Of a DNA stretch of 64,000 nucleotides, positions 1 to 12,169 are shown in pieces. The notes beneath the pieces are model-generated. The model was given only the letters and a program-made list of their open reading frames with translations, ran no database searches and was not told the origin of the DNA. Made by a program: the position numbers and the translations under genes. This DNA is from Hamiltosporidium tvaerminnensis FI-OER-3-3. Taxonomy: Eukaryota; Fungi; Microsporidia. The stretch spans positions 1,116,001 through 1,180,000 of the forward strand of contig CM061248.1 in assembly GCA_022605425.2 (NCBI GenBank). The letters run 5' to 3'. Every line of letters starts with the position of its first letter. The first letter of the stretch is position 1.

Positions 1-345
1 ACTTTTCTTAGTGACTTCTTCTACCAACCTGTACTTTACTTTTAAGAATCCTTTTATTAGTGCAAGATGGGTTTTATTATTATTCTCCACCTTGAGGATT
101 GCTGCTCGTCTAGTTGATATTTCTTTACTTTTTTCCAGACAATCCAAGAGTTGCAGAAGCATATGTTCGCTTCGCAACTCAACACTATGTAGGTCTCTTC
201 CAAGTTCTGTTCTAGGAAGGTATAAACGCTCTTTACATCCTGGGCGGAGATGTATCTTATTCTTCACCAACACCGCACGCACTGCATCATCTAACTTAGA
301 GAAGTCAGCCGGTTCAAGTCGAAGTACTCCTATGTGGTAGTTGAT
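1..345 (-). mobile_element. Fragment of RLE-type (R4/Dong-like) non-LTR retrotransposon, RT thumb region
   Basis: The minus strand reads INYHIGVLRLEPADFSKLDDAVRAVLVKNKIHLRPGCKERLYLPRTELGRDL, closely matching 3900-4250(+) and 18300-18700(-). The listed ORF 11..340(+) is its antisense shadow. Confidence 0.8.
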
Positions 346-3300
346 TCTAAAATATGGATACGAGTATTTATTTTTAATTAAATCCTTTTTTTGTGCAATG
401 AAATAACGTTACTACTTAATACAGCAACTATAAAGAGCCCGGGTATTTATATAAGTCTTTTTATGGCTCAGCTTATGATTCTTTATAACGTAAAAATCTA
501 TCAGAATTTCACAAGCCAGAATGACAGCTAAACCAAGTAAATATTTTATCGCGAATCTATTCCACAACCAAATTAAATAGAAAATAATATTAGTCTTTTA
601 ATGAATCAATTCTTTCTTCGGTGAACTTTTTTATAATAAGAGTTCATGTGTTTTTTGTTTCTATTCATATTTAGGAAAGGAAAAAATATATTGTATTTTT
701 GACAGCTAAAAATTTTGTCAAAAGCAAACTGATGTGATAACTATGTATTAGAAGAATTAAAAACCGGTAAATGTTTCGAAATTTATCTTCCAAAATCAAT
801 CACAGTTTTGAGCTTAAAATGTGCGATAATAAAATTAATATTTTTAACAGTTTGACTTGGATATCTATACAAGTTGTAGCTCATATGAAAAATGAAGCGG
901 ATGTATACTTCATATATTTAAGATTTAATCTTGGGGGTGGGGTACAACTAAGAGAATTTTATAGCAATAAAAAGACGAAAAAAGGTAAAATGATTGGCTT
1001 TTATGAGAAAAAACCTTGGAAAGCTGTTTTTAGAAGTGGCAATGGATAGAATTTTAATATTAAGCGAACACAATCAGAAAATTGTCTACAAAAATTGTAA
1101 TAAGAAGTATAATTATTTTAAATTATTTCAAATCGGCTACAAAATGAATGATTAAAAGCTTTTTTCTTATTTTACGCCATTTTAATCTTTAAAGGTGTTA
1201 TTTTATATGGGTTTATTCCTGAATTTATTGCTTAATGATCGTTTTTTTTTTGTTTTTTGAATAATTTGCATTTCTTAATATAAGAAATATAAGAAACTAC
1301 AAAAAATAGCATAAGAAAAGAAATGGTGGAAACAAATGGAAATAGATGTATTGAACTAACCTAATATATTATTTTTATAGTTTTAAAGTGGAAAAAAGGT
1401 GATTTTGGAACGGATAGACATTTTTTTTAAGGTAAAATATGACAATCAAATAAAGCCGCCAGAAAAATACTCAAAAAAATCATAAAGATGGCGAATAGGT
1501 TAGAAAATCTTTACTATGCGTAGAAAAAAACAAGATTAGCTTAGGGAAAAACTGATTATTTGCAAGAAGATATAAAAGTTTACTTAGATTCTGATTCCAT
1601 TGATATGAATTTATTTTAATATGATCTAAAATTCCAAATTTTGTAAATAGATCATTATCCTTGCAATTGAGATCTCACAGGCAACTACGGATATATAAAA
1701 TGGTCAAAAATAGAAATAATCTATTGAATAAAAGTGACAATATTTGATAAATAGCTTCTTGTTTATAAAGGAAAGAGACTAAAATCAACTCGAATGATAT
1801 TATTTGGAAGCCGAAGAAGCCACTTTAAGAATGTCTTAAAATAGCGAAACAATATTTTAAAAGTACTAAAATACATATTTCATCTATCATACACTTGGTT
1901 TTTTAAAGAGTTTGTGCGCTAGCAAAAAACCAACATGAGTCAGAAAGGAAAAAAAAACGTTGAATTAAATAAAAGGCGTATTTTAATTAACACATATGAA
2001 TCTTTATGTGCCTAATTGCGAAATTCACACGCCGAAAATCAAAAATCTTAAATAAAGTAGCTAAATCAAAATCCCAGTATATAATTTTAATGATAAAAAA
2101 ACCGCTTAATATGTATCACATATATTATATGATATCAACTATCAAAAAGCAACAAATTTATAATGTTACAAACAAAACCCAAAGTACATTCATTTCTGTA
2201 TATCAATAAAATAGAGAAAACCTTATCTTTAGTAATAATCCTGAAAAATCGAAAGATAAAAGAATTGTAATTTTCTAACAAAGGCTTTGAGAAATCATGA
2301 ATTAGTATTTTAAAATTCTAAATGTATTATTGCGGTCTTTTAGCCGGCTTTAAGATTTTTTCTATATAAAGGTGTAGATTATTAAATATATTTTGCGCAT
2401 TTGACGGCATGAATTTTCCTATAATTAATATATAATCATGATTTTATCTTTGTCATATGTATTGATTTTTGTTATCTTATGTAAAAATCGATAAATATCT
2501 CTATCTACTATAATCCGTCAAATGGCATGAGGTACAACATATTATTTTATTAAGGTTATTAAATTAGAAATAATAATATATATTTTAAAATGACAAAATG
2601 TTTTTTAGTTAAATTATGGCATAAAACCGTGTGTTTTTGTTGATTCCCAAAACTGTGATAAAAATTTTAGAAAGTTGCAAATTTATGATAAGAATAGTTA
2701 TTCTTTGGGAAAGAAAAGAAACACGAATATTCTATGTTAAATGATTTATTCGAGCTATAATAACTTTTTTTCCAATTAATTTCGAATAAGGCAAACTATG
2801 ATTACCCGATCTAATCAATGAATTTTCCGAAAATGAATATTTTTTGTTTATTATGAAAATAGCTTCGTAGACTAAGTCGCTAATTTTTTTAAATATCTGG
2901 TTTTAGCCACTTATATATAGAGTATCGAATGTCAGGAATTCATTGGGTTTAATATCAATGTAATTGAAAGTATATCTTCAATGTTTATTATATATTTCAA
3001 TAAAAGGTAAAAGGTTTTATTCCGAAGTTCAAAACCACAAAAATAATTCTTAAGAATATTTTTAAGAGTAGAGCATTAAATTAATAGCTGAAATTATGTT
3101 AGTATCGTTCAAACAGACAATTTAAATACATAGAGACATTTGATAGAGGTTTTATTTTCGCTTTTTACAACATATCTCTGTCAAGAAACAGTCTCTAAAA
3201 TGAAATACACAAAATATAGTATGCGATGCAAACTACCGGATAAGGACAAGTTCTTTTTAATAATTCTATTAGCAAATTTAATTACAATAATAAAAAGTTA

Positions 3301-3544
3301 ATAGATAAAAAGCTAAAAAATATCAATCCCATTACTAATTGATTATACTCATAAATTCTTGTTAATTCATTTCGCTTTTTTTGTATAAAATAATAAAAAA
3401 AAATATTTTGGTTTAATATATTTCTCAAAACCAAATAAATTCTCTTCTTACTAATGTTCGAATAAAAATTATCTACGATTTAAATTTTCTTAAGCCGAAA
3501 GCTAAATTACAAAATACACAAAAGTGACAGTATAAATGATGCAA

Positions 3545-5300
3545 ATTCACATACTATCAATCATCTTTTGTTTATTGATGATCTTAAGCCTCTTGCTACA
3601 GACAGCGTAACATTGATAGCTATGATGAGAGAGGCAAAGGAACATTAAAGGTAATAGAGCCAGAATCAACAATGAAAAGTCAACCACGAATGATGCGTGT
3701 TGCGAAGATACTGCTATTCTTCTAGAAGGTCCTGGTGATTGAAAATATTTAGGAATAATGAAAGATAGCAGAAGTAACCCAACACGTAGCTCATTTAATG
3801 AAGTACAGAGCAAACTTATATCAAGAGTTGAAAGACTTTGTCACACTAGATTAAACGCAAAAAATTTACTTTCTGCAATCAATCAACATGCGATATCGTT
3901 AATCAACTATCACGTAGGAGTAGTTCGACTGGAACTGGCTAACTTCTCTAAGTTAGATGATGCAGTGCGTGCGGTGTTGGTGAATAAAAAGATAAGTCTT
4001 CGCCTAAGATGTAAAAGGGTCTTTAACCTCCTAGAATAGAACTTGGAAGAGACTTGAATAGTGTTAAGTTGCGAAGCTAACATATGCTTTTGCAACTCTG
4101 AGATTGTTTGGAAAAAAGTAAAGAAATATCGACTAGACAAGCAGAAATCCTAAAGGAAGAAAATGCTAAATAAAACCACCTTTTACAAATAAAAAGCTTC
4201 TTAAAAGTGAAGTATGTTGGAAGAAGAGGTCACTAAAAAGAATTTAGAAGAACTCCAACTTGCAAAACTATATAAATAAATAGAAAAACGTCAAGAATAT
4301 AAAAAGTTATATAATACAAGAAAAAATTGGCTTGTAAGTGATGTGACTCTTTAAGATCTCTAAGGAAAAGGGATATTAAGGCACGTGATACCGCAGTATT
4401 TTGCAATATCTAGGATAGAAATGTATTATGGGAAGCAAATAGTGTGTGTCAATACTTCGGCTAGTCTAGAAAAACAGTAGACTACTTAGCAACTTGATGT
4501 GAGAAAATGCTAAGCCATGACTATACCAGAAGGTACAATAAAGTGGTACGCTGTGTACACTTACGCCCACTAAATGCATTTAAATTAAATTTTACCAAAC
4601 GCATTAGGAGTCACACAGTTTAAGAAATTTTTATAACTGAGCACGCGTAAATAACAGGGGACACATGGATAAAACTAATATCAAGAATCAGAATAATATG
4701 GGCGACACGCATATATTTGACAAGTGAAACAATAAGATAACACTCGTTGAATTTGGAATCACTTCCAAAGATTCCCTTCGAATAGTCGAAACTGAAAGAT
4801 TAGGAAGTATGGCTTTCTAGCCAATAAGCTGGGTCTCATTTAAAAGTGTAGTGTTGAAATAATTCCGTATCTAATGACTTAGAACTTTATTGTGACAAAA
4901 TACTATAAGTCACACCTTAAGAGACTGCAAATACCCCATAAATCAAAGACATACACCTATTCGATAGTAATTAAAACGACAATTTATACAATTTCTTGTG
5001 ATCGATAAAGAGGAGTTGAGTCGGGACTAGATGCCGAATAGAGATAGGAATGAGCGTCACTTAGGGTTAGATGAGAGCAGAGATGCATGATGAACCAACC
5101 CCTCTCCTTGAAAAGAAGCGAAGAATGTGTAAGACGGGTAAAACATTTTAAAAAAACATTACGCCCCTTATTAAGCAGGAGGAGCTGAAGAAAAACATAA
5201 ATGAAGAGTCGGATTTAGAAGAAGAAGAAACGGTAGTGATTAAAGAAGGAAGAAAAATTAAAAGCCAAAGAGAAATTTTAACTCAGAATGCTTAAATAAA
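3545..5300 (+). mobile_element. 5'-truncated, decayed RLE-type (R4/Dong-like) non-LTR retrotransposon
   Basis: RT motif NHLLFIDDLK (~3558-3590); thumb NAKNLLSAINQHAISLINYHVG; CCHC-like C..ETVDYLAT(R)CEKML and DYTRRYNKVVRCVHL (RHN-type motif, ~4520-4560); RLE remnants with LRKY (~4800). Many stops and frameshifts. Confidence 0.85.
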
Positions 5301-5379
5301 TACTTTTAAGGGTGGTATGTGTTATATTATTTTCATGATATTAGGCGGTTCTGTGATTAAGATAGAATATTGCTTATAC

Positions 5380-5780
5380 CAGTGGAGAGAGTAATCACAA
5401 AAACTATCTGTTTGACAATGCATATGTATAATTTGTGTGAGAATCATTGATAATATTTTTGGGGAAATATAAACCACATTAGATCTATCGATCAATCTCT
5501 GGGTCATTGAATGGCAAATGATTAAAATAAACGAATGGAAAAAAGAAAGACAGTCTTAAAATTATTAATTTGGCTTGGAAATCAGACTATGGCTTATGGA
5601 AAATAAAAATAATTGTTCGGGGAGAAAAAAAAGAATACTCTAAATGTTGGGATGGTCTGAATCTTAGAAACTGGCTTTGCGTAGAAGAGGAATATACAGA
5701 GAAAATGCTAGGATATTGACATGTGGGAATATGTTAACATTATATGTTCATTTTCAATACTGTGAGGTAGAATTGTACTG
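5380..5780 (-). repeat. ~700-bp dispersed repeat family, diverged partial copy (a)
   Basis: CAGTGGAGAGAGTAATCACAAAAACTATCTGTTTGACAATG...TGTGTGAGAATCATT...AAACCACATTAGAT aligns to 36021-36130; similarity is weaker further in. Confidence 0.6.
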
Positions 5781-5794
5781 GAATGAATTTCTAA

Positions 5795-6430
5795 ATGTTC
5801 TCTTAACATTCCATGGATACCACCTAGTATACCTACATCACGAAGCTTTCCATTTAAAAGGTGGGTATAACTTAACTAATAAGTTAAATAGTTCCTCTTG
5901 TTTGGTGATGTCTTTTATATAGTGTTATCATAGGCTAGAACCTTTTATGAGCCTCGAGAGCTATGCAACATTCTTATTTACTCTACAGTTCTAGAACTCG
6001 AAAGACTTTGAGCTAAGGTATATCCAAGCGATTTACATTAAGTCAAACTAGAAGTTACAGTGTCATACTAAGAGGTTTAACCAGCAACTTAGGGTTACGG
6101 GGGTTACTGAGTAAAATTTTTGTATATTAAAGGCGCTAAGTCTATATATTCGAGTAAGCAAGGCTAGGTTTCCATGCTTTTAAATGAATTGCCATTAAAA
6201 ATTCATTTGATTTTTGTAATCTGCTTATAAAAAAAACTAAAAACGTTTTCGTTTTGAAAAAGTCGCACAAATTTGATGATCATATTTTTCCTCAAAATTT
6301 TTTTTCGATATCATTAGATACTGCAACGTTGTTACCATACCTATTAAAAATATAAACAATAATTTTCCTACCACATATAAATACTAGTTACCAAGCAGAT
6401 GGTTCTTATTTAATTGTCATCATCCACCTT
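5795..6430 (+). repeat. ~700-bp dispersed repeat family, copy (b)
   Basis: Contains GAGTAAGCAAGGCTAGGTTTCCATGCTTTT (6152) and TTACCAAGCAGATGGTTCTT...CATCCACCTT (6388-6430), shared with 33245-33943 and 53850-54565. Confidence 0.8.
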
Positions 6431-6812
6431 TAAATAAGTTTATTCTTTTTATAATAAAAAAAAAACTCTAATTCCCTACAAAAAGATTAAGTGTTAAAGA
6501 TGTTACATCTTTTTAACGAAGAAAAAATTGATCTTCGAGTAGTAAATTATTTATTTTATGAATAGGAAAAATTTGCTTTTAGTTACAGCTCATTTAATAT
6601 ACTCAAGGATTCTCTCAGCAACCACTAATCTATTACAACAAAGCTTTAAGATACTTCTTATCGTGTTCCGTCATATTGAAATGAAATAGCTAATAAAAAA
6701 ATTAAATTCTTGTACTAGAAAGCCAAATATATGCCTACTCCGGTTTTTTTTTTGCAGATTAAAGCTAAATATTTACCAAAAATGAAAAATAAACCGTAAA
6801 AAATTTATAGGG

Positions 6813-7038
6813 TTTTTCGATCAATATAATAATCCTTGCAATCAATATAATAATTTTTCGATCAATATAATAATCCTTGCAATCAATATAATAATTTTTC
6901 GATCAATATAATAATCCTTGCAATCAATATAATAATTTTTCGATCAATATAATAATCCTTGCAATCAATATAATAATTTTTCGATCAATATAATAATCCT
7001 TGCAATCAATATAATAATCCTTGCAATCAATATAATAA
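6813..7038 (+). repeat. Left TIR tandem array: 5.5 units of 41-bp TTTTTCGATCAATATAATAA-TCCTTGCAATCAATATAATAA
   Basis: Counted directly; two alternating 20/21-bp subunits share the core ATCAATATAATAA. Confidence 0.95.
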
Positions 7039-7140
7039 TTATTTTTAAAAAATAGAAATTTAAAAAAAAATTAAAAAAATAGAAATTTATAAAATAAAAA
7101 TTTAAAAAATAAAATTATAAATAGTACTTGAGATTTATTA

Positions 7141-8310
7141 TTACTCAAGAATCATTTGCCCTACCTCAGCCTTTTGCAAATATCCTAACATTTTACGGTA
7201 AAAAGAACTACAATGTTCTCCCGTGATTTCATTAAATTTTTCATAAATTAATATTCTCAACTGAGGCTCAGTACGAGCACCACCTCGAATTACTTTATTT
7301 TTCCAGACTGAGAATACATTCTCAATTGGATTAAGAAATGGAGAGTAAGGTGGAAGATATTTTATTCGATACGAAGCAATTTCCTCATCATCATTCAATC
7401 CACGATAGTGATGAATTCTCGCATTGTCCATTACAAATATTGGAGTCAAAATTCCTTGCCTTTGACAGCTTTCATTAATCTCCTTGATAAATAATTTGAA
7501 ATCCTCACCATTTACGGCCCTCTCATGAATCTTATGGTATATCATACCATATTTGTTCATTGCTGCGACTACTGAAATATTTCTACTTCGAGCTGCTGTT
7601 ACAGATAGGTATGCAGATGCACCTCTCATGTTACGACCTTTACTGGGGCGTGTGACTACTGCAAACCCAACTTCATCTAAAAAGACAAAGTTTTTGTCAT
7701 CGTTATCAACCTCCAACTCACGAAAACTAGTTGCGTAATTTGTTCTTAGCTCAATTGTCGAAAGTGTATTTCTACGCTCAGGCACTAATGTTACACGCTT
7801 TAGAGTGTAATGGAACTCCCTTAGTGCGCGATCAATTGTACTAGTTGACACATCCATATTAAATGTACATTTGACCCATTCTGCCAACTCATACAGGGTT
7901 TTTGTACATTCCAAATCAACATAGGCTTGTAAGCTCTCTTTTATTTCCAAGGTTAACTTTGAGCGCCTATCACCACCTCTTTTATCGACAAATACCAAGC
8001 CAGTTTTTAAATATCGTCTAACGATACTATTAGCCGTCTGGTAATTTAATCGATACATCGAGGCAATTGCGGACATAGAATAGCCTTCTAATGTCTTTTC
8101 AATTATGCGTTCCCGATCATTAATAGAAACTTTTTGTTTCCTCCGAGTTGGAATAGTGGTTATGGAGAGATTTTCATCATTTGATCCCGATGTTTCTACA
8201 AGACACTTCAAAACATTGTCATTTTCGCACTCTATACATTCTGGTGTTTCACCTACATGAAAATCATATTTGTTCTCGTTGGTATTTTTACCTGAAAAAG
8301 AATTTGACAT
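7141..8310 (-). CDS. Tc1/IS630-family transposase (HTH + DDE, DD34E)
   Basis: Intact 389-aa ORF. N-terminal HTH region (RERIIEKTLEGYSMSAIASMYRLNYQTANSIVRRY; RGGDRRSKL); catalytic FLDEVGF...VMDNARIH...PPYSPFLNPIE with 34 residues between the second D and the E. Confidence 0.95.
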   Translation of the reverse strand: MSNSFSGKNTNENKYDFHVGETPECIECENDNVLKCLVETSGSNDENLSITTIPTRRKQKVSINDRERIIEKTLEGYSMSAIASMYRLNYQTANSIVRRYLKTGLVFVDKRGGDRRSKLTLEIKESLQAYVDLECTKTLYELAEWVKCTFNMDVSTSTIDRALREFHYTLKRVTLVPERRNTLSTIELRTNYATSFRELEVDNDDKNFVFLDEVGFAVVTRPSKGRNMRGASAYLSVTAARSRNISVVAAMNKYGMIYHKIHERAVNGEDFKLFIKEINESCQRQGILTPIFVMDNARIHHYRGLNDDEEIASYRIKYLPPYSPFLNPIENVFSVWKNKVIRGGARTEPQLRILIYEKFNEITGEHCSSFYRKMLGYLQKAEVGQMILE

Positions 8311-8409
8311 GGGACTTAATTTTATAATGAATGAATTATTTTTTTAATTTTTATTTTATAAATTTCTATTTTTTTAATTTTTTTTTAAATTTCTATTTTT
8401 TAAAAATAA

Positions 8410-8675
8410 TTATTATATTGATTGCAAGGATTATTATATTGATTGCAAGGATTATTATATTGATCGAAAAATTATTATATTGATTGCAAGGATTATTATA
8501 TTGATCGAAAAATTATTATATTGATTGCAAGGATTATTATATTGATCGAAAAATTATTATATTGATTGCAAGGATTATTATATTGATCGAAAATTATTAT
8601 ATTGATTGCAAGGATTATTATATTGATCGAAAAATTATTATATTGATTGCAAGGATTATTATATTGATCGAAAAA
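8410..8675 (-). repeat. Right TIR tandem array: 6.5 units of the same 41-bp repeat (inverted)
   Basis: Six GATCGAAAA(A) subunits, one of them lacking an A at ~8590. Confidence 0.95.
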
Positions 8676-8759
8676 CCCTATATTATAAAACCGAAGACTT
8701 ATACTTTCATATACTTCTAAAGAAGGCACCAAATGATTTAAATATATAAAAAGTTCTAA

Positions 8760-11072
8760 AACACCCTTATAACAACATATTTTGGTTTAAATGTCTCTTC
8801 TATAAAATCAATTGTTTCTTTTGAAAAATTTTATCCTGCCCGAAATTTTTTAGTACAATGTAAAATTCATTATTAAAATACATATATATACAGGTGTAAG
8901 TATTCTTCTTTATATCACACCGACTAAATATGATAAACTTAAGTTGCTTCGGATTTGCAACAAATATAAAATCTTTTTCTTATATATTTAGTCCATTTAA
9001 ATTCATTATTTTTATTTTATATTCTTGGGAAGTACAAAACAATTCCGAAAAACTAACATTTCGAAAATTGTTTTTATAGATTTTTAATTCTTTTAGATTC
9101 AATAAATATCTGAAAAGCTTTTACATTGAAATTATCTATAAGAAAATCCCTAATACATAGTTTCATTGTATTGTTTAGACCATAGTTTTCAATAGAAACA
9201 TTAAAGGAATAGAAGATAATTTCAAATCTGCTTGATCTTTATTTGAGGCTGTAAAATCAAAATCTTTATTATTTGCCAAAAGTTTTACTAAACAATCATT
9301 CTATCAATACTCCAAATATATAACTTTGTAATATAAAAACTTTGATCTACCGAAAGGTTTAACTTTATAGTGTTTATATCATCAAAGTATATTTCTTGAA
9401 GACCTATCATATCTATCAACTTTGAAAAATTGAATAACAATCATTGTCATTATTAAGCCAGAATTTAAAATATTTTATAGATTCGTTTAAAAAAATTTCA
9501 TTTTCAATATATATATTTAAATGATTAATTTCTAAGCTTTCTAGCCCTTTAATATTTAAAATATCTCTTAGAAAATCAGATTTTATTTCTGAAGATGGAA
9601 TTTTAATAGATTCTATATTTTCTTCTAAATAGTATTTTCGGTTATAAAAAACTGTTTCTCATTTAATTTTTCTAAAGTAATTGAAATATTATTAAAACAC
9701 CTTTTATATTCATAAAAACATTTGACTTGCAAATTATTATTCTTGCATTCAAGATATTCAATGATTCTAATTTTACCTTTAAAGTTATCTTCCTTAATTA
9801 ACTTTAAATGGAAATTTCCATTTTCTTTTGGTATTTTTTCATTTTCCTTGATAGGTTCTTCGATGGAATATTGTTGGTATGTATGCTTCAGACTTTGTAC
9901 TATAAACTTTGCTATATTAAGATCCAGTTCTTTGATTTCATCAAGAGTATACCTATTATAATTATACCCTTCAAAAAATATAAATTCGTTAATTTTGGAT
10001 AAATGCTCTATAAAAATTATACTTGTATAAATTTTAGATTTATAAAAACGATTTTTTTTTGATTTACAAAATTTAAATTTGAGGTTAGAGAACAAATTAC
10101 CTCATCATATATGTAACATTTGACGAATACAATCTCATCAATCTTCTTTTTTAAATTTTCTAAAAAAAAACAAAAACTCTTCAATATGTTTTGTTTAAAT
10201 CGTTTCTATGCAAATAATTTATATTTTAATCTATTTAGAAGCATTAAATATAAACTTTGAATTTTATGATTCACAACCACTTTTTTGTAAAAAAATGAAT
10301 CAAAATGTTTGTTAATTACGAAAGTATGCTTTCTATCTTCTGTAAATAATCCTTTATATTCCACAAAAATATGAATTATGGGTTCTTTGAAAAGACACAA
10401 AAATATGGAATCCCTGCCAATATTCACTAGTTTACAAATTTCATGTAATATTTCTTTTACTAAATCGCGTGAAAAATAGTCTTGCTTTGAAAAATGAAAC
10501 GATACTTTTTCAATGTTAAAATTATTCATTTCATCATATTTCACTAAAGAACACCAAATATTTTTTACCACATTTCTCAATTTATTATCATATTTAACTC
10601 TAAAATATTCTAAAAAATAAAATATTGTGTAAAACTTCTAAATTGTCATTTTATTTACCGGTAAATAATATGAAATTATAAACTCATAGAATATTAAAAA
10701 ATCAGATTTCTTTATATGATGACAGAGAAATATTTCTACATTATTATTTATTTTGTTAAACTTTTCAAATATATCAAACTTAAGACCAAATCTCTTAATA
10801 AATTCCATATTATACAGTTCATGTTGCCTTTTTGAATTTCTGACAAGCATTCTTTCTAAACAGTTTTTTTCATCAGTGTCGATAGTCACTTCTCTTTTGA
10901 TTTGACATAGACATTCGAGTTTGAGTTCATTATTAATTAAAGCTATGTACGACTCTTCATTTTCATTTACAACATTAAATATAATATCTCTTTCAATCGA
11001 ATTATAGATAAACATAAAAATAAGTGGTTTGTATAATAACGTTATGAGATGGAAGCACAGATTAAATTTCAT
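8760..11072 (-). pseudogene. Pseudogenised SP/LRR-like family gene (paralog of 24281-26589)
   Basis: Fragment ORFs 10638..11072, 10206..10580 and 9625..10095 align collinearly with the 727-aa ORF (e.g. LCHHIKKSDFLIFYEFIISYY, RIIEY.EC.N.NL.VKCF). Multiple stops and frameshifts. Confidence 0.9.
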
Positions 11073-12169
11073 AAATTTTAGAAAAAAAATACGTATTTAT
11101 AGTTTTAAAATCTATTTACTATTTTAGTTTTTAGTTAAAAAAATTCTAAGAAGCTTTCAAAAAAAGAATCCATATATCATTATTTATTAAAATTCTATAA
11201 AATATTGTATAATTATAAAAAACTGAAAGGCTTATAGTATGCACAAGTGTTAGAATTTCCAAATATAAAATTATATTAAATATGACCAAATCTTTTGAAA
11301 ACATAAAAATATTTCTTTCGATGTTCGATTGTTCTTTGTAGTTTATAGCAATAATTGACACTTCTTTACATTTTAGTTTAGCTTTAAATTACTAATTATT
11401 ACTTCTAACTTTAGATTCTTTTACCTTTCTAGAATTTCTCTCAAGAAAAATTACAAAATTAGATTATTCTTAGAATCAGAATGATATTTCATTATCTGAC
11501 AGCTATTTCCTTTTGCTTGTGTACTTTATTACAAATAAATTTTAAAAAAACTTAAAACAGTTATTGAAATGTAAGAATATACAATGTAAAGCCTAGGTGC
11601 AATAACCGAAAAGGTTAAAATATATATCGATAAAACATTTATTATAAATGACGTTTCAAACGACAAAATATGCCATCACAGTCAAATACTCAATAACAAA
11701 TATCTTATGAAAGCATTAATATTAAATGTTACGGGCCAAAGTGCACACTCATGTCCATAATGTACCCGTTATTCAAAATACATTTTGATAGATAAAAAAT
11801 ACCCTTTGCGAATAAAAAAAATATGTTTTTTGATTATATTCCTCATCGTATATTTTACCGAGTTATTTCGTATTTATCCCACCATCTATTGCTCAATGTT
11901 ATTTCCTATATTTTTTAAACAGCTGGACTAAATTATTCGAATCAAAAGGATTTACATGTATTATATATACAAATAATGCTTAGCTAACTTTCAGGACTTG
12001 CTATTGTTTTGAATTATAGTTTTAACAATTACTTTAAAGTGGAATAATCTTTATAAAGTAACTATTTTCTGAACAAATGATTTTATAAATAATATAAATG
12101 TTTACTATAATATAACTCTATATTTCTTGTTTTTTGTAATTTTTATTTTACTAATAGCAAAAAAATATT

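Larger units (their letters stand above)
6808..8680 (-). mobile_element. Full-length Tc1/IS630-superfamily (DD34E) DNA transposon with ~305/345-bp array-type TIRs and TA target duplication
   Basis: TA|TAGGGTTTTTCGATC...GATCGAAAAACCCTA|TA. TIRs 6808-~7112 and ~8336-8680 are near-perfect inverted copies. The element is absent at the paralogous site (~24190-24210) of the duplicated segment. Confidence 0.95.

Noticed and set aside
11-340. ORF 11..340(+) and similar antisense ORFs (3547..3813, 3910..4140, 7553..7738, 42052..42606, 56697..57641)
   Set aside because: Shadows on the opposite strand of retrotransposon, transposase or host genes.
350-3540. Short ORFs and purine-rich stretches suggestive of a decayed gene
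   Set aside because: No recognisable motif or consistent frame.
6813-7038. CRISPR-like regular repeat array (also 8410-8675)
   Set aside because: No unique spacers, no cas genes, eukaryotic context; the arrays are the TIRs of the Tc1 element.
8496-8732. 78-aa ORF with repeated FDQYNNPCNQYNN
   Set aside because: Translation of the TIR tandem array.
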